Of a DNA stretch of 64,000 nt, positions 1-19,774 are shown piece by piece. The notes below the pieces were generated by a model. The model did not search any database. It had not been told where the DNA came from and saw only the letters and a program-made list of their open reading frames with translations. The position numbers were made by a program, and so were the translations under genes. Location: assembly GCF_009914755.1 (NCBI RefSeq), contig NC_060927.1; one strand, written 5' to 3'. The stretch comes from the human T2T-CHM13v2.0 reference genome, Homo sapiens. Numbering within the stretch: position 1 is the first letter of the stretch; every line of letters starts with the position of its first letter.

Positions 1-39
1 TGATTGAAGTCACTAAGAGACTTGGTTCTGTGTGTGGAA

Positions 40-255
40 AGAAGAGGGACTCAAGACCTATCTGACTTCACATAACGACTCTACTCCTGTTACTAGATGT
101 GTGACCATCTAATGTGTTATTAGACCTTCAGTTTTCTCGTCTGTAAATGGAGAATAATAATACTTATTTCATAGGATATTTATGAGGATCAATTTTAATA
201 ATAAATTTGGAAGATCTAGAACAGAGCCTGGCGCACAGTAGGCATCAGCAACAGT
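40..255 (+). mobile_element. MIR SINE relic
   Basis: MIR core-like cttcagttttctcgtctgtaaatggagaataataatacttatttcatagg...agagcctggcgcacagtaggc. Boundaries approximate. Confidence 0.7.
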
Positions 256-417
256 CATATGGCTTCCATGACATAGCAACTAAACCAAATTATTTTTATG
301 AAGGGGAGATATCAAAGAGCTTTTATAATAGTAGAGAGATTTTATGATGAAGCTTAAATAAACAGATTTTAATGTTTTTGTATTTTGCAATAATTGTGAC
401 ATAGATTCAATTTATTT

Positions 418-559
418 TTTTTATTTTTTTTTTAATTTTTTTTTTTTTTATTATACTCTAAGTTTTAGGGTACATGTGCACATTGTGCAGGTTAGTTACA
501 TATGTATACATGTGCCATGCTGGTGCGCTGCACCCACTAACGTGTCATCTAGCATTAGG
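418..559 (-). mobile_element. L1HS pre-Ta, severely 5'-truncated (~110 bp of 3'UTR plus poly-A), with 14-bp TSD
   Basis: Poly-T 418-449 followed by the reverse complement of the L1 3' end. Minus strand reads GATGAC-ACG-TTAG (pre-Ta diagnostic; cgt at 541-543) and ACTTAGAGTATAAT (L1HS-type G; c458). TSD gattcaatttattt at 404-417 and 559-572. Confidence 0.92.
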
Positions 560-865
560 ATTCAATTTATTTAGGATGAAATTGTATGCTGACCATTTGA
601 TCAAATAATGACTAAATATTTCTTAATGTAACATAACCACTTTATTTATTTTTCTTGAACAGTAGCCTTTTAGAAAGAAAATAATATAGCTAGATCCTTA
701 CTTTTTGTTACTAAAATATAGTGCAATTGGATTAAAAATTTAAATGTTAAAACTTTTTAAAGTAAGGGCAAAGTATATTGGAAGAAACTTGCATATATTT
801 TTGTGTGACAACAGTTTGGCTATGCAGGGCATAATGTCTAGACACCAGAAATAGAAGGATATGTC

Positions 866-1559
866 TGACTAAAACCAGTGGCAAATCCATACAGGTCTGC
901 AGCAAACTCAGTGCTTGCCTTCTTGGAGGAAATAATTCAGCCAAGGGGCAGAAGTAGGTTTAAGGCAGAGGGAGAGACCAAGGCAAGTTTTAAAATTGAG
1001 AGTTTATTAAAATGTTTTAGAGCAGGAATGAAAGGAAGCAATGTACACTTGGAAGTGGGCCAAGCATGTGACTTGAGAGATCCAAGTTCCCTGTTCGGCC
1101 CTTGACTTGGTGTTTTACACATTGGAATGGTTCTAGGGTTTCCAGTTCTCTTTTCTTGATTCTTCTTTTGAGGTGGGCTGTCCACGTGCACAGTGGCCTG
1201 ACAGCACTAGGGAGGGGCTGCATGCACAGTGTGTTTACTGAAGCTGTGCACATGTTCACTTGAGGTGCTTTCCCTTACCAGTAGTGCATTGCCAGAGGAA
1301 GGTTATATACTGGTTAAACTCCACCATTTTGCCTCTTAGTGTGCATGCTTGAGCCCACTCCTTCAACGCCTAAGATCACCAGCTCAGGTGTTTTCTATCT
1401 ATCAGGAGACTATCTTTCACTAGCGCTGGCTGTGGCCAATTATCATTTCAGAGAGACAGTTTAGCAACCACCAGACCATCAACTAATGTTTGCTTGACAT
1501 TTCTGGGGAGGTGGTCCTCTCCTGCACTGTTCATGTCTGACTAACTACCTACTCTAACA
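866..1559 (-). mobile_element. ERV1-class solo LTR (MER4 group, MER66/MER83-like)
   Basis: ~690 bp GC-richer block ending ...ctacctactctaaCA. Contains ggtctgcagcaa...aaggcagagggagagaccaaggcaagtttt...agagcaggaatgaaaggaag, typical of this LTR group. Minus-strand AATAAA at 1003-1008. Subfamily uncertain. Confidence 0.7.
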
Positions 1560-1599
1560 TGACAACAGATACTTTAAAATTTGTAAACTGCATAAACAA

Positions 1600-2330
1600 A
1601 TTCCAAAGTCAAGCAACAAATTGGGAACATTTTTGGTGGCACATATGATGAGAAAATGGCCATTACTTTCGTATACAAAGAGCTATTGCAAATAAATTTA
1701 AAAACACTACTTTGATTCTAAAATTGACAAAAATGAATAGACCAGAAAAATCAATACAAATGAACAATAAATATTTAAAGCATGCTCATCCACACTCATG
1801 ATTTTTATAATATAAATTAATATGGCATTTTTCAATTATCCAAATATTGGCCAATATTCATTTGATAGTTTATAGTTTTGGCATGTGTGTGGTGAAGCAG
1901 GCACATCTATTCACTTGCTGGTACTGTAAATTGCTAGAATGAAATTTGGAATATGTATACCAAAATTTACAATGTACATACCACTGCCAGTAATTTATTT
2001 ACTGAATAAACTCAAAACTGTATGCATTTAAGAATTTTCTTTGCAGGATTGGCCACACAGATTTTGACAAAAAATCTTAGATAAATCTGAATCTTCATGA
2101 CAGTGAAATAGTAAAATTAATAAGGTTAGTTATAATCTTAACATAGTATGCTATTAGCCATTTAAAAAATAGAGAACTATAATATGCAAATATGGAATGA
2201 TTTACAAGTATTTTAATGTGAAAAAAGTAATAAGTAAACAGTTTTCACTGTAAACTTACATTTATGCAGAGAAAAAATAATTGTAAATGTGGATATAGGG
2301 TACATATTAGAAATTTTTCTGGAAAGAATG
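1600..2330 (+). mobile_element. Ancient L1 (L1M/L1ME-type) 3' fragment
   Basis: Degenerate A-rich L1 ORF2-end/3'UTR motifs (aagcaacaaattgggaa...atacaaagagcta...aagcatgctcatccacactc...gctggtactgtaaattg). Confidence 0.5.
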
Positions 2331-2615
2331 TTTTTAAATGTTGAGAGTAGAACTAGGGATTTCAGTGTAGAATAGCAGGAAGAAAGGAGTAATACCCATT
2401 AATGATTTCCTGAACTATTTTAAAGTTCTTCTGTGTTCATGTACGTTTTACTTTAATTTTTAAAAATTAATGCAGTCAATATGATGATAAAAATATATAA
2501 ATCATAAAGGACTAAAATTAAATTAAATGTCATTAGGATCCAGCAGATTATTGTAGGTATTGGAAAACATGTACAATATGCTCTTGAAAGGGAACTGTCA
2601 AAATGACATTCTTGA

Positions 2616-2822
<207 letters not shown>

Positions 2823-5800
2823 TAGTGTTTCCCCTGGTGGCAATGTTTGACTCGCTAAAGAAAGGCCTCAATTACCCATTTATTGGCTTGCCTAGATTTT
2901 TTTTTCCACTTTGGTTTGTGCTTTTCTATAAAGAACAAACTGGAAAAGGTCAGCAGTCATGAGGCATTTCTATAATAAAAGTACTTAATCATAGTGTTAT
3001 CACAGCATAGAGATTAGAATATTATTGCAGTGAAGTACAATATGGTACTAGGGACACTGCAAATGGGGACGCACTGGTTACATTTTATGAAACAAAAATG
3101 ATGCAGCAAGTCGTATTACACATTCATAGTTTATTGGTTAAAATTTCTCAAATTTAATTTTAGTTCCATCTGTTTTGCATATTATCTAGTTCTACAAATG
3201 CTTTTATCCAGGAGGAACATGACCAAATCAAAGTCATTACTCCATTAAAAAACTTACATTTTATATAAAACACAGTTGAAAATTTCACAGTAAAACACTG
3301 GATTTACAATTGCATACCATACGTTAAATAATTTGGGAAAGTCACACTTCTAGTAAATTACAATAGAGTTGCTTTCTGAAATATGGTGTCTTACCTGTCA
3401 AAGCCACAACAAATAACTATGCCTGTATAAGGAGTTTATTTCCTATTTTACATGACATATGTCTTCCAGGATTTCACACTGAATTTTGTAATTGGTTCTT
3501 AGCACTAAGACTTCACTGAGAAACCTAGAACAATGTCTCTTTAGTTGTAGATACTCAAAGTTTTAAGATAATGTTAATGTCATTAATTTGCCTTATGGAA
3601 TCATCAGAACATGTATGGGGTGTTGTGTGACCATAGGTGGCAGATTAAATACCAGCATCTAACTTGCCAATGACAAGAAAAAGTCACATGAAACAACCAG
3701 ATCTATTTTGGAATCGATTTAAGATCCAGAAGTTCTGGGAGTTAAGGACAGAGAGGGGATCCTTTGGCATTTCATTTTTAACATAGCAAGCTCAAGGACT
3801 ACCTAATCCAACATACACATGCTTTGATAAAACAGGACCATTCATCAGACATACGAAGTATTCATTTCTGATTGTAGTGAACAAAGAAAGATGTATGAGC
3901 CCAGGGTGAGGAACGAGATCTGACATGAAAGTGCTGCAAACCTGGCTGTACTTCAGTGCAACTTTCTGGAAGCCAAAACAAGATGTTTTGAATCATTTGT
4001 CCTCCAAGGACCATCAACCATGTCCGTGCTGGTGTGCCATGTACCACTGTGGTCACGCTTTGATTTTTTTTTTTTTTTGGTCCTAATTCAATATAAAGTT
4101 TCTCTAGGGATACCTGTGCCTTAGTGTTATATTGATTTCCTGGGAGTCCAGGGAGAGGCTTGAAACAGTGCACACCACTTGATCTATGGATCCTTCCACT
4201 GGTGCCTATTTACATCCCCTTTCAGTTACCAAGTCAGCCTTAGTGACATAAGCAAGTTATAAGAAGAAACAAAGGTAACCGCATCTGGGCTTGATTCCAT
4301 GCAAATCAACCAGCAAAGCACCTAAACAAATATTATCCACAGATTCTGTAAGGCTGAAAGCTGACACTGTCTAGCTTTTAGTGGAGAATTTAAACATAGC
4401 AAGTATTAGTGAGCTTTAAAATGCATTTGCTGGGCATGCTATTTTTCCCTTTAGATTCAACAAAGTACAAAGCAGTACTTAAAAATCTGATTTCAAAAAA
4501 ACTATAACTCCCACTACTTAGCTAATTTGCTTAATTGCCATTCATTTAAGAAATACAAACATCAGAGTAGAGCATTAAAATAATACATAGTAATTTAAGA
4601 TGCCTAACAGCCCAGTGACTCTAATACTACAGGTAATATCTTATTCCTGAAGCAAAGTATGGAATCAGGACTTGCCCTGTTCACGTGTTCACCATCTCCT
4701 TTCAAGGATAACATAGTAGAATGGCTAAATGGCAGATAGAAGGAAGGCAGAAGGGAGAAGAGGAAATGACTTGTATAGTTTATTGAATAAACAATAAATT
4801 TTCTGGAAATTCTGGCTGTAATAACATTTGCACACACAAAAAATAATTCTTAACATTTTATAGCCCTTTGCTATTTACAAATTCCTTTTACTTACATCAT
4901 ATTATTTGATTCTTATAGCAAGCCAGTACTAGGTCTGATTTTTATTAGTCCCATTTTAATGATGGAAAAAAACACAACTTATTAGAAGCAGCAGTTGTGG
5001 TACCCAACCTTTAATCTTCTAATTCAAAGCCACTGTGCTTCTGACTCTTACCTTGCTGCTTCTCGGATACAGTTCTGTGGAACAGGAATATATGCTTCAG
5101 CCATAGTCAAATGAACTCGTCAGGTCATTAGCAGGTTTGGGAATCAGGATGCAACATATTTTAGTCTGGCTCTAACTTTGCCTGGTATACCTTGAAAAAG
5201 GTGTTTTCAAATTCTGCCTTCCTTGATTGTTATTCTGTCAATCAAATGAGAATGATATGATGCAAATGTTTTCAACACAAAGAAATATTAAAGATCACAC
5301 TAGAGCCTTGAAAACTTGAAAGGAGAGTGCTACAAATGCATTTTTCTGGCGGGGACAGTGGTGATCAGCAAAGGCATACACTGGGTTTAGATTACTCACT
5401 GAAGTGACTGTAGAAACATTTTCACATTCTCTTGCTCATTCAGATGATAGTTTCAAAGGAACTATTGCAAAAATAGTTTAGGAAACAATTACCTTAATTA
5501 GGCACTGGAGTTAACTAGTATGTTTCAATAACTCATAGGTGGAGGTTAAACATCTAAAACACCATTGGTACTAAAGAAATATGCTTGAAGATTAATAAAT
5601 AAGATAAACTTAACGTCTAGACTAGGCAAACTCCATGTTTGACAGTTATAAATAACATGTCTTTCCCCCTACTTCCTGCTAAAAAGCATAATTTTACAAT
5701 TGTGTACCATTTTTTTTTACAATTTTAAGAATTTTTTTCATTCAAAAGGATTTTGATAAAACATTACAAAAGCTGGTGGAAGAAGAGAAGCATCTATTTT

Positions 5801-7761
5801 TTTCACTCAGGTGATTATGTAAAGATGTTTGCAGGATTTGAGTTAACAACATTTCAAAATTTAAATCTAATCTCAAATGTATTGAATTCTCAGTATCTTT
5901 TTAAAATATTTTTAAAATATGTTCTAAGTAGCTTACAAAATGAAACCATGAGATTTATTTTCTGATTTGTACAGAAAACTAATATATTGCTGAACTTTTG
6001 TGACAGAATCACTAATGCTTCATATAATCAGCATAATCAAAGACAAAAACAAAAACTTCACTTTTGAGTTTTCCCAAATCATTACCCTAGATATGGATGT
6101 TCCCTCAAACAATGTAAAATTTTAATTTCTGTAATACGATAGAAAAAACTTATGTGGATAGAAAATGAGATATTTCCCATGGCTTCTGATAATTCTTTAT
6201 TGTAGTAAATATTCAGGGAAAATTTGGATTAGAACCAATCATGTTATTACAACTTGAAGTGTTTATCAGTGGTGAGAAGATTAATGGTTATAGACCTTAA
6301 TTCCCTCTTCCAATGTAACAGCCCGAATTTTTATGAGAAGCCCAACGGGGCTACTTCATCTCCCCTTCTCTGTTTTATGCCAAAGTCTACCTTTGGAACT
6401 GGTTTCTTGAAACCAGAGAATGAGACAAAGGAGACAGGACAAATATGAGGGAATTGTATGAAACATAGATGCAGTGGCAAATGGGCATTTAAGGACCATC
6501 TGGAAGTAGTTTAACAGTGACCCACCACGAAGTACTGACATTATGAGATGCCTGTGTGGGTTGAGTGAGAATATTAACAGGAAGTAGAAACATGGGTTGA
6601 AAATACCTACCAAAGAGAAATGCCAGACAGGGGTGCGTTAATATTAAGGTAGCAGAACTATTCAATCACTGACAGTCACCACTTAGAGCTAAATGTTCCT
6701 GATCTTTCTGAACCTTTCTTGAATCCTCAGGTACTTCAGGATCCCTGAACACATCACATTAATCTGCCCTTCCCTCAATGAGTGAGACAAGAACACAACA
6801 TTGTGACCTACAAGTAATATGTATTCGGGAATTTATAACTGCTCTGTTAATTCAACTAAACTTTCAAATATAAGTTTCCATTACCTATCTTATATTTCCC
6901 ATTAATTGAGGTCAAAGCCAGGTCTGCAAGTAGCTGGTCACAGGCTTGTCAAATTTCCACACATGCTATTGTTGGGCCTCCCTTTGTCTTCTAGCAACAA
7001 GGGAATTGTTCATCAATTTGAACTGCATTCAAAGTGAAGTGCTTTTGCAGTTATCAAAAACTCCAGCTATTCTGCATTTAATCAGCTGCACAGTGAACAT
7101 TGGCTTTCTCCTCCCATGACTTGACTAATAACTCTTAAGCAACTGTTTCTTACTTTACCATCTGAATAATGTCTGGCCCATGTCAGAGTGCATCTGTGTC
7201 AGTCAAGGTAACGAGATTTGGGTTCCCAACTTCACCAACAGCCACAGTGCAAAAAATGAAAGTAGTTAGCACGACTTGGCTATATTTGGAAAGAAATGTA
7301 AACTGTTTACAATATAATATTGGTCATATATCTATTCTTTTTGGAAAGAAAAGCACCATTGCTGTCATCAGTAAAATATCAGGTCAAATATAGTCTTTAG
7401 ATAATGACTGTCATCAGAAATCTACAAGTATACAGAATGTTCTCATGACAATAGGAATGTAAATATAGCTTTGTGTTTATAATGTGTGTAGAATTACATG
7501 TAACTGTGAATGTTTTTTGATGACATTTTAGGTAATGGTCTTTTTTATTTTTTAATGAACAAAATCTGGGTTACTCACTTAGCTTCATGACTAAACTCTG
7601 CATATTCCTGTTCCTTATAACAAAGATCTCTGCTCAGTTTTAGATGTTTAGATGCTTTGCGTCACCAACTTTTAAAAGTCACTTGTAAGATACTGCTTTG
7701 TGTAGTGAATGATCCTACTCACAAAAGTGTGTGTTTCAAGCTATGTAATCCTTGTTTCTAA

Positions 7762-8082
<321 letters not shown>

Positions 8083-9197
8083 TGAGAAGTGAAGTGTGTT
8101 CCAGATTTTTCTGACATGAATTTGAACTAAGATCCATTTGCATGGGCTTGATTCAGCCTCTGTTGCAAATTTTGGAGAAGCACATACTGTATTTGGATTT
8201 CTGAAAATTGCCTCTTCCAACTTTTCCTGTCCCTTTATTCAAACAGATCTAAACTGATCTCCTGTGTTTCTATACTTATTTCATCCAGAATGGGCTAAAA
8301 AAGATTTAACAGCTGTTTTGTTTGTACTCTCACATCCTTCATGATCTTAAACTGGTAGGGTCAGAGATGGGTTTGACAAAAACCCACCAGTGGTGTTGTG
8401 ACAGTGGTCCACTCCTTGACGTGTTCTTTCTCCATGCCCTTCCGTGCCCTTTCAGCATGTTGATGGTTTCAATAAATGACCTGGTTGCAGAAACAAAGGG
8501 TTACATAAGCCTTGCAGTAAATCTGGAGAAGCAGTGAGTATCTGATTTTAATTAAAGAAAAGGCCCCAAAGGATGTTTGTTAAGATAATTTATCACTAGA
8601 ATATTGTGTACCTCAGTTGAAGCTGCGTCTGTGCCAATCTTGTAAGCCTTTTCCTATTTTCCTGTCCCTTAAATCTTCATCTTGTTTAGACCAAAGCCTA
8701 GCTCTGGCTTGCTCATTCTAGGACAGATTCCGGGTCTGTAAGTCACAGATTGACTCCCTGTTGAGTTATTGACTGTCATTAGCAGCTGATACCTGCTTCT
8801 TTCCTTGGTCATGGTGATAGAGGGCTATATTCTTACTGTAAAGATGAGAGGATGTTTGGAAACATTTTCAAGCAGGTAGGTGAACAAAGGAGTGAGAAAT
8901 GGATCTTAAAATTTCAAAGAAAAATAAATAATTAAGTGAGGCACATCAAAACCTTGGTTCAATGGTGGTAGTAGTTGTTTTTTTGTGTGTTTTTTTGGTT
9001 TTTTCTCAGTGAAGCTGTTAAATCTTTGAGGCTAGAGTGCGTTTTCTGGTTGAATGTCAGCACGTTTGCTTTGGATGAGTTTGTGTGCTCTTGGTATGGC
9101 TTGGCATCGTTATTAACATTGTGTCTACTGGGCACACCCTTCAGAGCCTTGATAGGACCTCTGCTGTCACCCCAGAAGTGGTAGCTATAGTGTGTTT

Positions 9198-9216
9198 AGG
9201 CCACTAGATGGCAATG
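9198..9216 (+). promoter_or_regulatory. Candidate CTCF binding site
   Basis: AGGCCACTAGATGGCAATG; the core at 9201-9212 matches CCASYAGRKGGC exactly. Motif only, no occupancy data. Confidence 0.55.
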
Positions 9217-10413
9217 TTGTCTAGTTAGGCAGACGGCAATTTTATTTTTAATTTTTTTATTTTAAAATATAGCTATCCTTTATTAGAAAGATGTAACCAT
9301 AAAGGGATCTATTAAATAATGGTTAAATGGAAAATAACATTCCAGTTTGAACAAGAATTTAAAATGAAAATGGTAGACAGATTGGGTGTGTCTGTGGTTT
9401 TGTATCCTTTTACTTTGCCAACATTTGAAGTCTCCTCCCACCCACCCATGATGCACACATAAATTAGCATCATAAAAACACTCCCCATGCCCTGGTCAAA
9501 GTTCTCAAGAACTTGGGCAGTCACTCAACATGGCTAAGCCTTCGTTTTTTGTAGTAGTGATTTCATAGGGTTTTGTGAAATAATAGATGTAAGTATCTGC
9601 TTAACAAATACTTCATCATCTTATTGTTATTTACAACTTTGTTATTAGGTCAAGTTATATCTTGAACTTTCCTTTCCATTCTTCCTGGTTCTTAGATATT
9701 TGACATTCTTTGGCCTTAGAAGCCACTTCTGTTACCACATGTTCATTAGCAGATGATGACTGACTTACTCCCATAAAAACTCATACCTTTGACGGAGATA
9801 TTTTAAAAGTTTTTGTTTATTTGTTTTAAGGCTGCTTTTCTCTACTAAACCAATGGAGACTCATTTGCTCCCCTGATAGCAACCCCTAAATTCTTCTGTG
9901 TTTTTTATTACTGTCATTTCGACTGTGCTTCAGCAGCAAGATGGTTCTCCCAGTAGGCAATACCCATCCCTTACTAGCTACATGCAAAGGAATGAAAACC
10001 CATTCCAATTTTTTTGGTGTTTACTTTCTGCAAAGATTTAGGATTTGAAATTTTGGTCTGCAAGCAGTTCTAGTGTGACTCCTGCCTGAAATCTCTTGTT
10101 GACCAACTTATTTTTATAAGCAGTAAAAACTTTCCTATTCTTTCCTGCTGTTATCTGCCTGCTCTTTCTTTTAAATGAGTTTAAGCATATCTACAATTTA
10201 TTATAGCATATTTAGAAAAATGGCTTAAATTAATATTTCTCTGTTTCCCTAAACCTTTATTCTATAAAATATTTCAAAAAGGTGGCCTAAAAGTGATCAT
10301 TGAGAAATAAGTTAAAATACTGGGGACAAAATAGTTGCCTGTAATATTGCCTGTAATATTGTATCTTTACAATGTGAAGGTAGTGTTCATACCATTTAAT
10401 ATTTATTAAATTA

Positions 10414-15965
<5,552 letters not shown>

Positions 15966-17139
15966 TATATATATATATTTACTAAATCAATATGTGTGGT
16001 AAAATTTACATGTATATTTAACATACTGTTTATTTTCTATTTCTGGAGTAGTAGTATTAATTTGGCATCTTATAATCAATTAGGGCACAATTGTTAAAAA
16101 GTAGTACAAAAAGGGTCTAGGAAGGATAGGTGTTCATAGAACTACAAGATGATGTTTTAAAAAATATTTTGGTATTCACGTAAACTCCATACAAAAGTAT
16201 AAGGCAATATGATTATTTTAAATTGAGAAATAAATGTTTCATGAAGAAAGGACCCACAGTCAATTTTGGGAGATGATATATCTCTTTTGGAGAGTCACAA
16301 TACACTTTGGCACTGTAGGTCTTCTGAGAAATTTAATGATAAAGAAATTTATTTAAATATGATTAATCCAGCATCTCTCAAATTTATTTTTACCTCAGAA
16401 CTCATTCTTCCCCAGACCACTTAGTAATGCTCTTTTGGGGAGATAGACTCAAAAACATTCTTCCCATGTAGATTTACCATAAAGAAAGTGTCTGATTGTA
16501 ATTATGCTAGTCAAAACTTAAATATGAATGGTGAATCTCTACTAGGCTGTACTCTTACTCTTAAATTAAATTCTTTTGTAAGCCACATTAATTATTTGGG
16601 ATCAACATGGTGCAAGGTTGCCTGTTAGTTACAAAGTTTGGCTATATAGTTACCTTTAGTTTGAAAATCATCCTATTTAATTAAGCTGCTGATTCAAAGC
16701 CTTATAGAAACTTAAAATGAGAAGTGACTGAATAGCATTAATCGAATCCAATCTTTCTTACACCACAGTTGGAGAACTGTGCATTAGTGATTTGCCCAAG
16801 GCCCTATAACTAACTGATGGCAGACTCAGGCCTTCTGGTTGTTGGATCAGGTTTTTTGCTTGAGTTTACAGTTAATATGATTCTATTTTCTGAAAAAATT
16901 TCACTCAACTTGCTTTTCTTTATTTATGGCAATGAGGCAGAAAATGAGAAAAAGAAAGACCACCTCCTTTTCTTTCTTCCACGAATATGGAAATTAATAA
17001 TTTGAATTTGTAATCTTGGTGGTGAAAACTGCTGTGTATCCATAGGTTCAACAGTTATCGCTCCCATTTTCTTACTGAAAAATTTAAAAAAAAGCAATTT
17101 TTTGTAGGCAGCAGTATGCCCAGATTCAGGGAATAAATT

Positions 17140-17535
17140 ATGACTGTTCTAAACCATTGCTAATTTCATTCCCTTTATCTCACTTCCTGGTGTGAAGATC
17201 AGTATGTGACCAAGTCTATCCAACAGGATATAAAGAGATTGTTTTGGTGGGGAGAGGGGAGCTTCTTGGAAATAATTCTTTTCCCTGATAAAAAAAAAGA
17301 AACACATGTAAGGGAAAAATATTTGCATCCCCATTCCTTCATTTCCACTGGGATGTGTAGATAGAAGGAGATGGTGTTTGAAACCACTGCAGCTGTCTTG
17401 TTATCATTCAGAGAGATATGGCAAAGAAAATGTGGATGGCCAAGCAGAAAGCTGAGACATTGCATCTCCAGACTCCTTTTTGGATGATATAAAATGTTCC
17501 TATTATTGGAGCCACTGTTAACTGAGTATTTTGTT
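17140..17535. mobile_element. MaLR (MLT1-type) LTR relic
   Basis: tgtgaccaagtct...gatggtgtttgaaaccactgcagctgtcttg...ctccagactcctt...gccactgttaactgagtattttgttact resembles old MLT1 LTRs. Confidence 0.45.
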
Positions 17536-18220
17536 ACTAATCATCATATCATTCTAAAAATACAAAAAAAAAATCACTTGATTGTTTGCGGCCCCTTTTA
17601 CTGGGCCATTTCAAAGGCTCTAAGTTATATTCTTTCAAAGGAAATAGAATGTCCTTTTTTACATCTTGTCATTTTACTGTGAGACTAAGAAGTGATTTGC
17701 ACATTCTTACTATCTACTATTATAACCACAAAGACTGAGAGTCATAGATTATGCCATAAAGTTGTATCTCTGATTGCTTTGGTCTCTCTAAGAACTCTTC
17801 AGAAAGCTAAGTGTCAAAAGTAACATGATATGCAAGTATGCTTTGTTTATATTTACCTTAGTCAAAAAATCACTGAGTTATTTAACAGGACATCTGAAAA
17901 AACAGGATAGCGTAATGGGGAATATATAAATAAAGGGATAAAGCTGAGAAGCTTTCATAATAGAAGGAATATATATATATAAATCCTGAGTCCAAAAGGG
18001 CACTTTAGGAACTGAATGGGATAAAAAATACATATACTCCATACCTAAACATGTTACTGTGCAGATTATAAAGGATTAAAAAGAAAATCTTCAAAGCCTT
18101 CTGAAAGAGAAAATTTACTTACCAAGGTATAATAATTAGACTGAAGTCAGATTTCTCAGCAACAGTAGAGGCCAAAAGGCAATGAACAATATCTGGCTTA
18201 CTAGAAAAAAATACTGGCCG

Positions 18221-18425
18221 GCCTTCCTTCCTTCCTTTCTTCCTTCCTTTTCTTCCTTCCTTCCTTCCTTCCTTCTTTTTTCTTTCTCTTTCTCTTTCCT
18301 TCTCTTTCTTTCTTTCATTCTTTCTTTCTTTCTCTCTCTCTTTTTTTCCTTCTTCTCTCTTTCTCCTCCCTTCCTTCCTCTCCCTTCCTTTCTTTTCTTT
18401 CTCTTTTTTCTTTCATTTCTTTCTC
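18221..18425. repeat. Polypyrimidine compound microsatellite (CCTT/CTTT/CT)n
   Basis: Directly visible ~200 bp tract made almost entirely of C and T. Confidence 0.9.
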
Positions 18426-19599
18426 TTGGTTCATTCTTCTTGAGGAAAGGGTACACAATGAAGATATTTTCACAAAAAATAAAACTATTGTACCACCCAC
18501 AGATTCTCACTGAAAGAACTACTAAAATATGTTCTTTAGCAGGAAGAAAAGTGAAGCCAGAAGGAAGGAGTGGATCCAAGATAAAACAAAATTTGAAATG
18601 AAAATTGATAAAATATGTTGACAAATTAGATTAACCATTGGGTGAAAATAAACAATATTGTTTCAATGGACTAAATAAAAACAAGTTATAACAGATACTG
18701 CTAAAACATGTTGATAAATTTAATTAACTATTGACTGAAAATATATTAAGGTGTTTTATGTTTTTTAAATACATAGAAACCAAAATTCTAAACAGTGATG
18801 ACCATATGGAGGTGATGGTAGGTGGCTAAAAAGCAGTGTGTCACCTTTTAACATGTCCAGAGTAAATACATTAGAACCCAGGAAATATTGTTAGAAAACT
18901 TTGTAATTAGTTGTGTGTATTAAAATTTTTAAAGGAACTGTGCAAAAATAAAACAAAAATATTAATGGACCCAGTGATTTCAAAACAACCAGAAAAAAAA
19001 ACCTAAGGAAATATGAAATATTACTAATCCACAAGGAAAAGGAAAGGAGAAAAACAAATGAGGAAGACAAATATGGGGATTAGAAGATGAAAAATAACAG
19101 CAGTAAATCAAGATATATGACAAATATTCAAATGTAAACACTTAATGGGTAGTAACTCACATGCTAAAATAAGTGATAGTCAATGGATTTTTTAAATTCA
19201 AAAATATGCCAGTTATAGAATTAAATCTAATACAAAATTACTAGAGGAATTGGAAAAAAGATCTGTTATGTAAATACTAACCAAAAGAAAAGAGGTGCAA
19301 GAATATAAATAGCTGAGATATAAAATTTAAGACGAAGATACTAATAGGGCTAGTAAGTAATATTATATGTTAATAAAAGAAACTATTAAGAAGATATAAC
19401 CATAATAAATATATGTACTTATATATATATGTGTGTTGTGTGTGCATGTGTATATACATAGAGAAAGAGAAACTTATTTTAGAAAATAAAAATAGCTATA
19501 ATAACACGCAGTATCAGAAACTGATAAACTAGCACATCAATATTTTTAGACTATAGGAGATTTGAAAAACGTGATCGACACCTGATACAATATCGTTTA

Positions 19600-19774
19600 A
19601 GTAGAATTCCTCAACCGTGGGACGACTGAAGTTTGGGGCTGGATAATCGTTAGTTATGGAGGCTGCCCTGTATATTGCAAGATGTTTAGCAACATCTCTG
19701 ATCTCTACCCACTAAATGCCAGTAGCACCCACTGCCCAGTTGTGACAATCAAAATTGCCTCTAGATGTTGCCAA
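19600..19774. mobile_element. MER20 (hAT-Charlie MITE), partial
   Basis: ggctggataat...gatgtttagcaacatctctgatctctacccactaaatgccagtagcacc...agttgtgacaatcaaaattgcctctagatgttgccaa matches the recalled MER20 consensus. Confidence 0.8.

Noticed and set aside
10335-10361. 12-bp tandem duplication ttgcctgtaata upstream of the sense L1, considered as its TSD
   Set aside because: Both copies are on the same side of the element; simple slippage duplication.
18136-18624. Overlapping 162-aa and 139-aa ORFs (K/E/R-rich or F/L/S-rich)
   Set aside because: Artefact of the stop-poor CT-rich microsatellite.
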